The notes beneath the pieces were generated by a model. It ran no database searches, was not told the DNA's origin, and was given only the letters and a program-made list of their open reading frames with translations. A DNA stretch of 64,000 nucleotides. Origin: Octopus sinensis (lineage: Eukaryota). The DNA lies in the NCBI RefSeq assembly GCF_006345805.1, contig NC_043010.1, positions 30,814,001 to 30,878,000 of the forward strand. The letters are read 5' to 3'. This document shows, one piece after another, positions 1-12,777 of this stretch (positions are counted from its first letter, which is position 1; each line of letters begins with the position of its first letter). The translations under genes and the position numbers were made by a program.

Positions 1-1813
1 GACCAACATGTGTCCCCGCTACCGAAACGGTAATTATTTCTACGCCAGCTATGTTTGTTGTGTTTTTGTCTCATTTGGTCTAAAGTCGTATGACAACCAC
101 CGTTATATATGTTTTTGTTTATTCATTACTGTTTTCAATTTCGTTTTCGTCTCTTGTATTCACATCCGTCTTGTGCGTTCACATTCCTGTCTTCTACCAA
201 GAAATCTAATGCTTACAGCTTAGTTTTTTTTCTTGGGGCTGGCCGAGTTGGAGCAAATATCAGAATTGAACAGCCGAAATTTGCTATGATGATTCGGTGT
301 CTGACTGAAGATTGAAGGCTTCGAATGATTTGTCTGTGTTCCGTGTTCGTCCCTTCCTGTATTTCACGTTCATTATATATAAAAACATTCATTCTATATT
401 ATTGCGGCGTTACGTGCACCCCCCCGTTTGTTTGTCCAATTTTAAACCCTGCACGACTTCTATACACACTGTCTTTTACTACCCGCCATTGCTTCTTCAC
501 CAAACTTTTTGGCGCCCTCCGATTCTTCCCCTCTCTTCCTCCCCTCTTCCTCCCATCCTCCTTAATCCCTTCTTTCTCCTTTTCTCTTGGTCACTGATTC
601 TGTCCCCTGCCTTCCAGCCTCTTTGATTCCTCTCTCTCTCGTCCTCTTTCTCTCTCTCCTGCGACCTGCTTCTTTTAAACCATTCTGTTGGCCTTCGTAT
701 CTCGACCAACATGTGTCCCCGCTACCGAAACGGTAATTATTTCTACGCCAGCTATGTTGTTGTTGTGTTTTTGTCTCATTTGGTCTAAAGTCGTATGACA
801 ACCACCGTTATATATGTTTTGTTTATTCATTACTGTTTTCAATTTCGTTTTCGTCTCTTGTATTCACATCCGTCTTGTGCGTTCACATTCCTGTCTTCTA
901 CCAAGAAATCTAATGCTTACAGCTTAGTTTTTTTTCTTGGGGCTGGCCGAGTTGGAGCAAATATCAGAATTGAACAGCCGAAATTTGCTATGATGATTCG
1001 GTGTCTGACTGAAGATTGAAGGCTTCGAATGATTTGTCTGTGTTCCGTGTTCGTCCCTTCCTGTATTTCACGTTCATTATATATAAAACATTCATTCTTA
1101 TATTATTGCGGCGTTACGTGCACCCCCCCCCCGTTTGTTTGTCCAATTTTAAACCCTGCACGACTTCTATACACACTGTCTTTTACTACCCGCCATTGCT
1201 TCTTCACCAAACTTTTTGGCGCCCCCTCCGATTCTTCCCCTCTCTTCCCCCCTCTCTTCCTCCCATCCTCCTTAATCCCTTCTTTCTCCTTTTCTCTTGG
1301 TCACTGATTCTGTCCCCTGCCTTCCACCTCTTTGATTCCCTCTCTCTCTGTCTCTCTTTCTCTCTCTCCTGCGACCTGCTGCTTCTTAAACCATTCTGTT
1401 GGCCTTCGTATCTCGACCAACATGTGTCCCCGCTACCGAAACGGTAATTATTTCTACGCCAGCTATGTTGTTGTTGTGTTTTTGTCTCATTTGGTCTAAA
1501 GTCGTATGACAACCACCGTTATATATGTTTTGTTTATTCATTACTGTTTTCAATTTCGTTTTCGTCTCTTGTATTCACATCCGTCTTGTGCGTTCACATT
1601 CCTGTCTTCTACCAAGAAATCTAATGCTTACAGCTTAGTTTTTTTTCTTGGGGCTGGCCGAGTTGGAGCAAATATCAGAATTGAACAGCCGAAATTTGCT
1701 ATGATGATTCGGTGTCTGACTGAAGATTGAAGGCTTCGAATGATTTGTCTGTGTTCCGTGTTCGTCCCTTCCTGTATTTCACGTTCATTATATATAAAAA
1801 CATTCATTCTTAT
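1..1813. repeat. Tandem array of ~705-bp unit (about 2.6 copies; probably continues left of the window)
   Basis: GACCAACATGTGTCCCCGCTACCG recurs at 1, 704 and 1415. Copies are near-identical apart from homopolymer/CT-tract indels. The array ends at a (TA)n tract. Confidence 0.95.
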
Positions 1814-1847
1814 ACATCATATATATAGTATATATATATATATATAT

Positions 1848-1888
<41 letters not shown>

Positions 1889-1899
1889 TATATATATGT

Positions 1900-2198
1900 A
1901 TAAGAAATATTGAGATTCAGTTGAATTAGGTACTTAAGTTGAAGCACCAAGTCAGTCCAGTATTATCTGCGCAGCTCGAAGTAAGGTGAATAAAATCAAA
2001 ATAAGCAACAGGATATCAAGAAGTGATGCAGTAAGACTGTTTCAAGCGAATGCATTTAATTGAACAATGAAATAATCAGCTGCACAAATAAATAAAATTT
2101 TAATCAGTTGGACACATTATTATATAATTTTTCTCAAATACTTTAACAGAGTAAGAAGATGGAAGAAACCCATGTTGTCGCTATTGTAGCTAATGTGA
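1900..2198 (-). mobile_element. Dispersed ~300-bp repeat A (PLE pseudo-LTR-like) between (TA)n tracts
   Basis: Copies at 10370-10668 (same strand) and 15457-15716 (inverted). Contains a degenerate hammerhead-like motif. Confidence 0.6.
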
Positions 2199-2228
2199 TT
2201 TTATATATATATATATATATTATATATA

Positions 2229-2690
2229 TAGGAAAATTTGTTGTTGAAAATGCACCTGAATTTTAAAAATTTCTAATTGCTTTTATATAATTTTATTTAC
2301 TTACATACCAAACTAGTTTCAACAATATTTTTTGTTTGTGAGCGGTAAAAATTTTAAATTGCGAAGTAGAAAAACATGTTTAAAAGATTCTATATTTACA
2401 AGATACAATAATATCAAATAGATAAGTTTCAAAACATTGATGACCAAGTCATAAAAGCAAAGTTTGAAGGAAATGTTGATCATTTCCTTTGACTTCTAGA
2501 AAAAAAAGGGAGAGGAATTTGTGACACTGTATTGTAATACAAGGAGATGCAATGAACAGGCCTCAATCAAAATTACTACAATTGTTTCTGTATCAGCTGT
2601 GGACCTGAAAATATTCAAACGAGTGGTTTGAGAGCAATACTCCCGAACCTCAACACCTGAAGACTTGCAGGTACGTATATGTGTGCATAT
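2229..2690 (-). mobile_element. PLE pseudo-LTR fragment B plus adjoining repeat fragment
   Basis: GGAAAATTTGTTGTTGAAAATGCA also starts copies at 10761, 17380 and 21160 and occurs inverted at ~20105, where it flanks the PLE at 17379-20106. Confidence 0.7.
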
Positions 2691-2692
2691 AT

Positions 2693-2792
<100 letters not shown>

Positions 2793-3641
2793 TTAGGTCG
2801 GTGCAAAACAGGGGGCAAAATTGTTGTTTTTTTTAAATTTTCAGGGAGACACCCTCCTATTTTATTCATATTCCTAAAAAAAAGCATTGTATGCGAAATT
2901 TGGGGTTGAAAGAGAAAATTAGAGGTTGCTACCAAGCTTTAAAAATAAATGTATATCAGTTTGTGCTCAAAAATATTGTTTTGTTAATATTTTCGCCTGG
3001 TTTAATAAGTACCTAGTTAACCTAGTTCGAAGAAAAACGATGACATTTTAGGCTTAGTACGTAGTGAGGTACAGTGTATTGGGCGTGAATTTTTTTATGT
3101 GGAAGTTTCCTCAGGGGGTCTCATAACCACTTATGTAATTTTATTTTTGTTTTTTGTTAAGCAAGAGTAATATTCTCTTGTTTTTGTTTACGAGTGATGA
3201 CCTGTCACTTTTAACAATTTGAAGAAGGTATTGTTTCTGCTCTCCATCATTGGTTATCAGTTTGTTGTATTCCACCATCAGTCGTACACCTCTTTCCGTA
3301 ATGTCGTTTACTTACTACTGAGTCCATATGCGATATCTCTTGCATCCGCATAACTTTCATCATCATTCCATTCTTCAGCATCTTTTTCAGGAAAAGTGCA
3401 AGGCACCTCTAGGATTTCAAAGAATCTTTTTGTGCTGGCAGTAACGAAATCCTGCAGTTGCTTCTCCCCAGCTGATTCAAGATTTAGTGATGCTCGTTTA
3501 CTCGGTTTTGAGTCAACGGGTTTCTGCACAGCATGTTTCATTTTGCTTTTTGTCTCATGCGAAACAGCTGAATCAAAGAATGCAAGCGTCACAAGCTCCT
3601 CAGTAAGGTACTACAAATGTCTCAAAAACTTATTGAGTAAA

Positions 3642-4372
3642 GAAACAAATGGAAAACCAGTCAAGCAACATAACGAACGACCGAGCAATATATATATATA
3701 TATATATTAGGGTGGTGCAAAATAACTTATCATTTCAAAAACTTGAAGATACTCTCTAATTTTATTTAATTTGGTGCAAAATCTCAACATGCAAAATTTC
3801 AGCACAATTGAAGATATTTTAGAGGTCGCTACCATCCACTGAACACTTTGTATATTGATATTTTTCAGTTTGTATTTATTGTACGTTTATACTCTTTTAC
3901 TCTTTTACTTGTTTCAGTCATTTGACTGCGGCCATGTTGGAACACCGCCTTTAGTCCAGCAATTCGACCCCGGGACTTATTCTTTTGTAAGCCCAGTACT
4001 TATCCTATTGGTCTCTTTTGCCGAACCGCTAAGTAATGGGGACATAAACACTAGCATCGGTTGTCAAGCAATGCTAGGGGGACAAACACACATACGCATA
4101 TATATTTATACATATATACGACAAGCTTCTTTCAGTTTCCGTCTACCAAATCCACTCACAAGGCTTTGGTCGCCCCGCGACTATAGTAGAAGACACTTGC
4201 CCAAGGTGCCACGCAGTGGGACTAATTGTAGATTTCAGCAAAAATGGTGGTCAGCAACATACAGCAGTCATAACAGACTCTGAACCCCTTTCCGTAAACC
4301 TTCTCATCCCTTTTATTGCTATAGACGCCGTGGCCGAACATTCTAGAATCATTTCTTTGCCGTGACACCACC
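3642..4372. repeat. ~730-bp inverted duplicate of 6224-6940
   Basis: Reverse-complement match covering the transposon end, its SINE insert and ~50 bp of outside flank. ORF 3855-4283(+) is nearly identical to 6313-6741(-). Confidence 0.92.
3892..4222 (-). mobile_element. tRNA-derived SINE (CORE-like family), 5'-truncated
   Basis: Matches the full copy at 54770-55181; (GTAAAAGA)n tail. Confidence 0.9.
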
Positions 4373-6372
4373 ACCAATTTCCGGCCAAGGAGTTGATCAC
4401 CTTGGAATTCCCAAACACTTGGAATTTTGTCATCCTTTTGCTTGTAGAACTGCAGACTTTGCACAAAATGCAAATCTGAACGGGGTGGGGTGCGCATGAG
4501 AGTATGGATGCCAGGTACCACGATCTGATGTATATCGCAGCTGAAAAGCAGCAAACATCTCTGATTCCTTTTTCCTCTCTCTCAGTTTAAACTTAGATTT
4601 AAACATCCAAATTTTAATGCAGTAAATTAGGTTGACCATCTATCGTGCTCTGTGATAAGCACAGAGTGATAAGCTCTGTGATAAGGTCCTGACTTGGGGG
4701 TACTACCGAGGGAAATGAGCGTTGGCTCGAGCAATTCCTTGTAGTCCTCACGAGGCTGCTGTTCATCAAGTTGAGCTTGAGCAAATTAAATGATTTCTTC
4801 AGCATCTGAGATTCTCTGCAATGTTTAGGTCATCTGTTGCTGTTTGTTAATTGTTCTTGTCAATTTCCAGCCACTTTGCTTTGAATCTCTTGAACAGTTG
4901 TATGTCAGGGCCAGTAGAAGATGGCAAGGAGACAGAAACTGCAGCTTTTAACACAATTTCGAAAATATGATGTCGGCAAGCCAGCCACAGCATATCTTTA
5001 TCCAATCTTTGCTCTAGTAACATACAAACATACTCTTCGAACCTGTGTTGGAGGCAGTGGTGTCAAAACACATGCCCTTCACTTGGTCAAATATATTCCA
5101 CTCCAGTACTGACTGATGGACAGCATCTGCATTGTTTTGATCAGTTCCTCTGGCAAGTTTGGGAATACCAAGGTGATCAACTCCTTGGCCGGAAATTGGA
5201 ACTGGCAGTCGTTCAACATTTTCATGACCAGTAATATCTTTTATTAGTTTGCCGTCCCGCTGTATTTCGAAAGGGCAATTTGTTTCAAAATCCTGCTTCA
5301 AATTTTCTGCCTTTGTCTTTCGGTTCCTTTGTCTTGCTCTCCGTTTCGATAAATAACTGTATTCTTCTGAGTTTTGCTCAAGAGTATTGATTGTTGGCAT
5401 CAAGATTGTCGAAGCAGCCCTATCACTTACTTTTGCAGCATCAAGAGATACAAGCATTGAAGAATCCACAAGCTTTGCACTCTTAGACTTTGATCTACTT
5501 TGTCTCGAAGTTGATGGCTGCTGAGGGTCAGCAACAAATTCTTCTTCTGATGTTGAACTATCTTGATTCAAACTTGAAGGACTTGAGCTTGAGATCACTG
5601 CTGTTTCGAAAACGGCTCTTTCCCTCTTTCTTTTCTTTTCAAGCAATCTTTCCTTTTCTCTAGCAATCTCTTCTATTCGTGAAAAAACTTTATCCCCTCC
5701 AGCCATTTTGCCCTTTTCTTCCTTTTTGTCGTTGAAGCTTCAAAAACTCACGATTTTCATGTATTTTTATCATATCAAGAGCACTTTCATGTGCACTGTC
5801 AAACAGATCTTCCAAGTCATTTTGCCAGCTCTCTTGTTTTTGAAGTATTGTAGGTGATTGCTTCTTAGTATTTCTGTTCTTCTTTTGTTTCTCCTACTCG
5901 TTGATAAGCTACTTTACTCTCTCCACGACATGACATTTCAACACTGTTTGGATGCGTGCCTATTCCCACACCTCCATAACATCTCTCGCAGCCAACAAAG
6001 CCGCTGTTTTCACCTGTTGCTTTTTGTTGTTCTTGTAGTTCATAAACAATGCTAATGTTTCCCTCTTAGATGGAAGCTGGGTTTCTCTGAAGGACTCTAT
6101 AGGATGTCCTATGAGCCAAACAACTGTTTTGTGACGCGTATGCTACTCCATGAATGCAACTCGGCAACAGCTATAGTTCTATACAAGCATTCTCAGCCGC
6201 AATTACACTGACGCGGCCTCCACAGTGGTGTCACGGCAAAGAAGTGATTCTAGAATGTTCGGCCACGGCGTCTATAGCAATAAAAGGGATGAGAAGGTTT
6301 ACGGAAAGGGGTTCAGAGTCTGTTATGACTGCTGTATGTTGCTGACCACGATTTTTGCTGAAATCTACAATC

Positions 6373-6707
6373 AGTCCCACTGCGTGGCACCTTGGGCAAG
6401 TGTCTTCTACTATAGTCTCGGGGCGACCAAAGCCTTGTGAGTGGATTTGGTAGACGGAAACTGAAAGAAGCTTGTCGTATATATGTATAAATATATATGC
6501 GTATGTGTGTTTGTCCCCCTAGCATTGCTTGACAACCGATGCTAGTGTTTAGGTCCCCATTACTTAGCGGTTCGGCAAAAGAGACCGATAGGATAAGTAC
6601 TGGGCTTACAAAAGAATAAGTCCCGGGGTCGAGTTGCTGGACTAAAGGCGGTGTTCCAGCATGGCCGCAGTCAAATGACTGAAACAAGTAAAAGAGTAAA
6701 AGAGTAT
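6373..6707 (+). mobile_element. tRNA-derived SINE (CORE-like family), 5'-truncated
   Basis: CAGTCCCACTGCGTGGCACCTTGGGCAAGTGTC...GACTGAAACAAGTAAAAGAGTAAAAGAG. Confidence 0.9.
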
Positions 6708-7106
6708 AAAAGTACAATAAATACAAACTGAAAAATATCAATATAGAAGTGCTCAGTGGATGGTAGCGACCTCTAAAATATCTTCAATTGTGCTCAAATT
6801 TTGCATGTTGAGATTTTGCACATAATTAAATAAAATTAGAGAGTATCTTCAAGTTTTTGAAATGATAAGTTATTTTGCACCACCCTAATATATATATTGC
6901 TCGGTCGTTCGTTATGTTGCTTGACTGGTTTTCCATTTGTCGCAAAAAGAAGTTCATATTTCATGTATTTGTATTTCGTATCTCATGTTTTCGTTTTTTA
7001 TGTTGTTTGCGTTCCGTGGCGTCCTGTGCCCATATATGCATATGTGTATACGTATATATGTATGTACATATCCCTATGTATATATGCATATATATATATA
7101 TATATA

Positions 7107-7419
7107 GACCCATGCATACATTCAGGTAGTGGTATAAACCTCATTAAGGGATAATAAATCCAATGAAAATACTGGTTAGTTACCAATCCAGAGAAAGTTC
7201 AGCTATAAGGTAACCGTATAAACTGTGGTTCATATATTTACAAATTTAAAGAATAAGAAGAAAATTGAGAGGTAATTAATAAAATATTATTTATTATAAA
7301 ATATGACAATATCTCTGGCAGCTGTTTCAATTCAGTAATCTTTAGATAATTAATTTATAAATTGAAAATTATTATAGGATGAATCTCTTCTGAGGTAGTA
7401 AAGACATAGCGATTAGAAA
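7107..7419 (-). mobile_element. PLE pseudo-LTR relic with degenerate hammerhead
   Basis: Minus strand reads CAGAAGA-GATTCA...TGAATT-GAAA-CAGCTG; abuts (TA)n; next to the Tc1 insertion. Confidence 0.5.
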
Positions 7420-7421
7420 TA

Positions 7422-8680
7422 CAGAGATTGGAAAAAGTAAAGGAAACACCTTAAAATTTCAAATAAATTCATTCTTATATGGGGTAGGACCACCTTTGGT
7501 AGTAATAACAGTTTGAATACTACGAGGTATGGACTCGTACAAAGTTTGAATTGTTTCCAAAGGAATTTTTGTCCATTCTTCAGCTAAAACAGTATTTAGG
7601 TCTTGTAGTGATGATGGGGACGTTATCGACTCCTTACTTACTTTTTCTAAAATGCACCATAAATGTTCAATAATACTGAGATCTGGGGACTGTGGTGGCC
7701 AAATAAGATGTTCAACTTCACTAGAATGTTCCTCATGCTATTCAGTAACAACTTTAGCTGTGTGAATTGGTGCATTATCATCCTGAAAGATTGCGTTTCC
7801 CTCCGGAAACAGTTCTGCAAACATAGGATGAATTTGATCAGATAAAATGCTTAAATAGTCTTGACTATTAATTCTGCCAAGAAGGGAAACCATTGGGTCG
7901 GCAGATTTCCAAGATATAGCCCTCCAGATCAGCATAGATTTTCCTCCATTTTTAAGAGTTGCAAGAAAGCAATCTGGGTCGAATGCTTATTTTGGCTGTC
8001 TCCACTCGTACACACGGCCGGTGGTCGGAAATAAGGTAAAGGATGACCCGTCCGTCCATGAAAATAACATTCTTCTACTGCTCTGTAGGTTTTTACTTCA
8101 CTCTAAACGCATTGCAACGTTTGTTTTTGAAAGTAATGGTTTTCTGATTGCAGCCGTCACGTGAAATCCGGCTTTGTGCAGCTCCTGGCGAACAGCTTTT
8201 GTGGAAACTGGGTTCTCAACATGGTCATTAAGCTCTGCAGTAATTTTAGGAACAATACTTTTGTGATCCTTTCTAATAATTCGCGTAAGAGTCCGACGGT
8301 CCCTATCTGAAAGTTTTGATTTTTTTCCGGAGTTTCGTTTCGATGAGGTTTTTCCCTCTTTCTCAAAGGCTGTCATTACTTTCGAGACAGTACTTCTTGA
8401 TACACCAAACATTTCGGCTGTTTTCGTGACGTTAGCGCCTGCCATTCGAGCACCAACAATTTGACCCCTTTGAAAGTCCGATAGATCTGTCATTTTAATG
8501 AATTTTAATTACCTTTCTCTGATGATATCTGAAAAGAAACAGCAATTTTAGCAAAACATATTAAGTAACACTAATAATAAAAAAGAACATAAAATAAAAT
8601 AAGCTTTTGACAGTTTTATAGATATTTCACAATTATGATGCTATGATGCTAGGTGTTTCCATTATTTTGTCTAACTCCTG
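7422..8680 (-). mobile_element. Tc1-family transposon
   Basis: TA at both flanks. Imperfect TIRs CAGAGATTGGAAAAAGTAAAGGAAACACCT / CAGGAGTTAGACAAAATAATGGAAACACCT. Confidence 0.92.
7475..8493 (-). pseudogene. Tc1 transposase, broken
   Basis: HTH segment MTDLSDFQRGQIVGAR... (8098-8493), FQDDNAPIHTAK (7738-7935), and PPQSPDLSIIEHLW downstream. Confidence 0.9.
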
Positions 8681-9406
8681 TACATGTTGAGATAACGGCT
8701 ATAAACCGTTAACTGATAGCATATATACAAAAAGAGCCAGTTGTAGAAGGACTCAATCCAAAATATGGGAAGAAGCTAGTGCATATTTTGTGTCTTAAAG
8801 AAAGAAAAGAAGAGATTAATATAATACTATAGGGTATTGAGAAGGAGAAAAAGGAAAAGAAAAGGAAGAAATACGCATGTTTATATAAATATATAATAAT
8901 GCCATATAATATCATACTGATCTATAATACTGCAATACAAAGAATTTTAAGTTATAGGATTTAAGTTGAGTAGAAGCAAACCGTGGCAATTATATATTAA
9001 CTGAAGTTATAAGAAATGAATAAATAATTTCTAAATATAATAATAATAATAACTGAATGTTTATGTTTATAATAATAATGAAATAAAATTTAATTTAAAT
9101 AAATAAATAAGTATCAAATCTAGAATAAGATAGAAAGGGAAAATATCAAAATACATAATATATCCTTATATCCGTTAAGAAAATTTAGTTCAAGCCTTTA
9201 AAGTAAAAAGCGACAATGATAAACTATTGGATAAAAAAAAATTTTAAATTTCAGACATACAGCGTTCCGTTAGAGAAACCAGAAGTAAATATGCTAAGAA
9301 ACATGCTTAAGGGGACAAAAGAATTATTAGGAAAATAAACATTATGTAAGAGGAAATTCTTATATATAAATAAAACTGAAAATAAAATAAAATAAATGAC
9401 AATGAA

Positions 9407-9717
9407 TTATGTTGGTAAATATCCAGCGCGAAAGAGAAGCAGTTGAGGGAGAGAACAAGTTCGGCCACACGAAGAGTCAGGTTGGGGATTGGGTTGAAGG
9501 CCCAGAAAGTGTTTAAGAGCAAGAAGTCCTTCGTTGTGTGGGATCACCGTATATAGACTCAAGATATCAAGAGTGAAGAGAAGTTTAGAGGGGTCAGTCG
9601 GGAAGGAGAAAGAGTTAAAGAGACAGAGAGCATGGTTAGTGTCGTGGATGTGGAAGGGGAGCGGAGGGCAGACATTAGGGGCGCAAGGACACGGTCGAGG
9701 TATTTAGAGATCATGGT
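9407..9717 (-). pseudogene. PLE reverse transcriptase fragment
   Basis: Manual translation gives SKYLDRVLAPL..HIHDTNHAL..LLFTLDILSLYTVIPHNEGLLALKHFL..AELVLSLNCFSF. Confidence 0.8.
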
Positions 9718-9739
9718 ATTTAGAGGTATTTAGAGATCA

Positions 9740-10200
9740 TGGGAAAAAATGTACAATTACATATGTAATTTGTTTCCATGTATTCGGTATTGCGTATAAA
9801 AAACATCCTGATGAGGGGAGTGTCAGCTTCGAATATATGAAATGTTTCATATTAATTGGCGCGTTGCCGAAACGCTCCATAGTTGAACAATTTTGTAATC
9901 TTGTATATTTATTTTTTCTGTATTTTTCCTGGAATTTTAATACATTTTAATATGTCCTTGTATGTTTTATTATCCCAAATGTTTAATGGTTTTAAGCGTA
10001 AATTCAATGTGTTTTGTATGCAACACTGATTCTTATATATTCATATATATAATACGATGTATATTCATTCATATATTATTATATTTTTAAACATCTGTTC
10101 TGTAGATATAAATGAATATATGTATGTGTTTGATCTTTCTGTGTGGATTTTAGTAATGTTCCTTTAGTTACTGCTCACATTGCCTCCGCTCAGATTAATA
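9740..10200 (+). mobile_element. Probable PLE pseudo-LTR relic
   Basis: CCTGATGAGG...CCGAAACG hammerhead-like core halves; ends at an AT microsatellite. Confidence 0.35.
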
Positions 10201-10369
10201 AGTGGTATATATATACATACATACATATATATATATATATGTACATATAGATATATATATACATATATATATGTACATATATATATATATGTACATATAT
10301 ATATATGTACATATATATATATATTTATATATAATATATATATATATATTATATATATATATATATATA

Positions 10370-11202
10370 TAAGAAATATTGGGATTGAGTTGAATTAGGT
10401 ACTTAAGTTGAAGCACCATGTCAGTCCAGTATTATCTGCACAGCTCGAAGTAAGGTGAATAGAATCAAAATAAGCAACAGGATATCAAGAAATGATGCAG
10501 TACGACTGTTTCAAGCGAATGCATTTAAATGAACAATGAAATAATCAGCTGCACAAAGAAATAAAATTTTAATCAGTTGGACACACTATTATATAATTTT
10601 TCTCAAATACTTTAACAGAGCAAGAAGATGGAAGAAACCCATGTTGCCACTATTGTAGCTAATGTGATTATATATATATTATATATATTATATATATATA
10701 TATTATATATATATATATATTATATATATATATATTACATATACATATTATATATATATAGGAAAATTTGTTGTTGAAAATGCACCTGAATTTTAAAAAT
10801 TTCTAATTGCTTTTAAATAAACTAGTTTCAACAATAGTTTTTGTTTGTGAGTTTTAAAAATTTTAAATTGCCAAGTAGAAAAACATGTTTAAAAGATTCT
10901 ATATTTACAAGATTCAATAATATCAAATAGATAAGTTTCAAAACATTGATGACCAAGTCACAAAAGCAAAGTTTGAAGGAAATTTTAATAATTTCCTTTG
11001 ACTTCTAGATAGAAGCAAATAGAAAAAAAGGGAGTGGAATTTGTGACACTGTATTGTAATACAAGGAGATGCAATGAACAGGCCTCAATCAAAATTACTA
11101 CAATTGTTTCTGTATCAGCTGTGGACCTGAAAATATTCAGGCGAGTGGTTTTGAGAACAATACTCCCAAACCCTCACACCTGAAGTCTTGCAGGTACATA
11201 TA

Positions 11203-11210
<8 letters not shown>
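10370..11210. repeat. Diverged direct duplicate of block 1900-2690
   Basis: Same order of repeat A, (TA)n, repeat B and the adjoining fragment. It is followed by the same hATm end (11913 here, 2794 in the first copy). Confidence 0.9.
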
Positions 11211-11269
<59 letters not shown>

Positions 11270-11275
11270 ATATAG

Positions 11276-11849
11276 AGGGCATTATACATACATGCCAGAG
11301 GGCATTATACATACATGCCAAACGCTAAGAGGGACAATTAGTCATTTCTACCAAAAATATTACTAATCCCACCGAATGCAATTTTTCAAAGTAAGACATT
11401 TAAAAAATATAGACCTGTATCACAGTGATTTCATACTTACGTATTCATCAGCAGGCCTGAATGTATCATAAATAAACGACCCTGCCCCGCTTAAGCCGAT
11501 CAGCTAACTGATCAACATCAACGAAGCACATGGGTGAGTTTACATATATTACATCCTGTAAATGGCATACTTTTACGAATTGCATTTCGGGAAAGGAAAA
11601 GTTTTTTCGGAATAAAAAGTTAGCAATTAAGGACAACTACTTAATAAGGAAAACTTAACAAGAAATTGTCAGGTAGATAGCGTGAAAACCTCATAAGAGA
11701 ATAAATTTCGAAAATAATTATTTCTTATTGAACATATTAATTTATATATAGAGGGCATTATACGAAATTTATTCTCTTATGAGGTTTTCACGCTATCTAC
11801 CTGACAATTTCTTGTTAAGTTTTCCTTATTAAGTAGTTGTCCTTAATTG

Positions 11850-11850
<1 letters not shown>
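11276..11850 (-). mobile_element. Non-coding hammerhead-bearing element (solo PLE pLTR / retrozyme-like) inserted in (TA)n
   Basis: End motif GAGGGCATTATAC at 11276, 11298 and 11751; ~88-bp inverted repeat 11622-11710 / 11763-11851; canonical hammerhead. Absent from the paralogous TA tract at 2700-2790. Confidence 0.75.
11411..11458 (-). ncRNA. Minimal type-I hammerhead ribozyme, canonical core
   Basis: Minus strand: AGGCCTG-CTGATGA-ATAC(GTAA)GTAT-GAAA-TCACTGTGA-TA-CAGGTCT; all three helices pair. Confidence 0.85.
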
Positions 11851-11912
<62 letters not shown>

Positions 11913-11914
<2 letters not shown>

Positions 11915-12448
11915 GTTTGTGCAAAACGGGGGCAAAAATTGTTGTTTTTTTTCAATTTTCAGGGAAACACCCTCCTATTTTATTCATATTCCTAAAAAAG
12001 CATTGTATGCGAAATTTGGGGTTGAAAGAGAGAAAATTAGACGTTGCTACCAAGCTTTAAAAATAAATGTATATCAGTTTGTGCTCAAAAATATTGTTTT
12101 GTTAATATTTTCGCCTGGTTTAATATGAACCTAGTTAACCTAGTTTGAAGAAAAACGATGACCTTCTAGGCTTAGTACGTAGTTAGGTACAGCGTATTGG
12201 GCGTAACTTTTTTATGTGGAAGTTTCCCCAGTGAGCTATCATAACCACTTATGTAAGTTTATTTTCATTTTTTGTGAAGCAAGAGTAATGTTCTCTTGTT
12301 TTTGTTTGAGAGTGATGACCTGTAACTTTTAACAATTTGAAGAAGGTATTGTTTCTGCTCTCCATCATTGGTTATCAGTTTGTTGTATTCCACCATCAGT
12401 CGTATACCTTTTTCCGTAATGTCGTTTACTTACTACTGCGATATCTCA
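11913..12448 (-). mobile_element. hATm right-end fragment
   Basis: TAGGTTTGTGCAAAACGGGGGC terminus; matches 2794-3340. Confidence 0.88.
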
Positions 12449-12574
12449 ATGTAGGACCGGATGGACGCTTCATTTTTGTGCTGGTACCGCATTATGTCGT
12501 ACGCGACTGAGAGGATTTGCATCCCCAACGTAGAATTTTTGATGTAATACATGTCCTTGAGGTAGTAATTGTGC

Positions 12575-12652
12575 GCGGCTGAAGAAGACCATAGACACAC
12601 ATTATGCATTGTTATAAATCCGTCTAATAAAGGCCCGAAACATATGTACCGC
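12575..12652 (+). ncRNA. Type-I hammerhead motif with intact core and weak helix II
   Basis: GCGG-CTGAAGA-AGACC...GGCCC-GAAA-CATATG-TA-CCGC, inside a ~180-bp repeat (12510-12690). Confidence 0.65.
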
Positions 12653-12777
12653 TGAATCCTTGGCATCATGTTTTTATTTTGATTAATTTACTCCACCACC
12701 TACACCGCCAAACGGTATATACAGGTGCTTACAATTATCAAGTACTCACCCTGAATTCATATATATATATATATATA

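Larger units (their letters stand above)
3157..6151 (-). pseudogene. hATm transposase, disrupted by stops, frameshifts and an inverted insertion
   Basis: ORF pieces 5014-5706, 4222-4554 and 3308-3592 carry DGKLIKD..ERLPV..GIPKL..GT, MCFDTTASNTG and [13 protein letters not shown] motifs typical of hATm transposases. Confidence 0.8.
2794..6887 (-). mobile_element. hATm-type DNA transposon, rearranged
   Basis: Termini TAGGTCGGTGCAAAA (2794) and inverted TAGGGTGGTGCAAAA (6887) enclose transposase relics. Confidence 0.8.

Noticed and set aside
280-345. C/D-box snoRNA in the 705-bp unit (ATGATGA...CTGA)
   Set aside because: The boxes are too close together, with no terminal stem or recognisable guide sequence.
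3855-4283. Duplicated 142-aa gene (with 6313-6741)
   Set aside because: Antisense SINE translation inside an inverted duplication.
9805-9885. Functional hammerhead
   Set aside because: CTGATGA and GAAA are present, but there is no convincing helix I, helix III or cleavage triplet.
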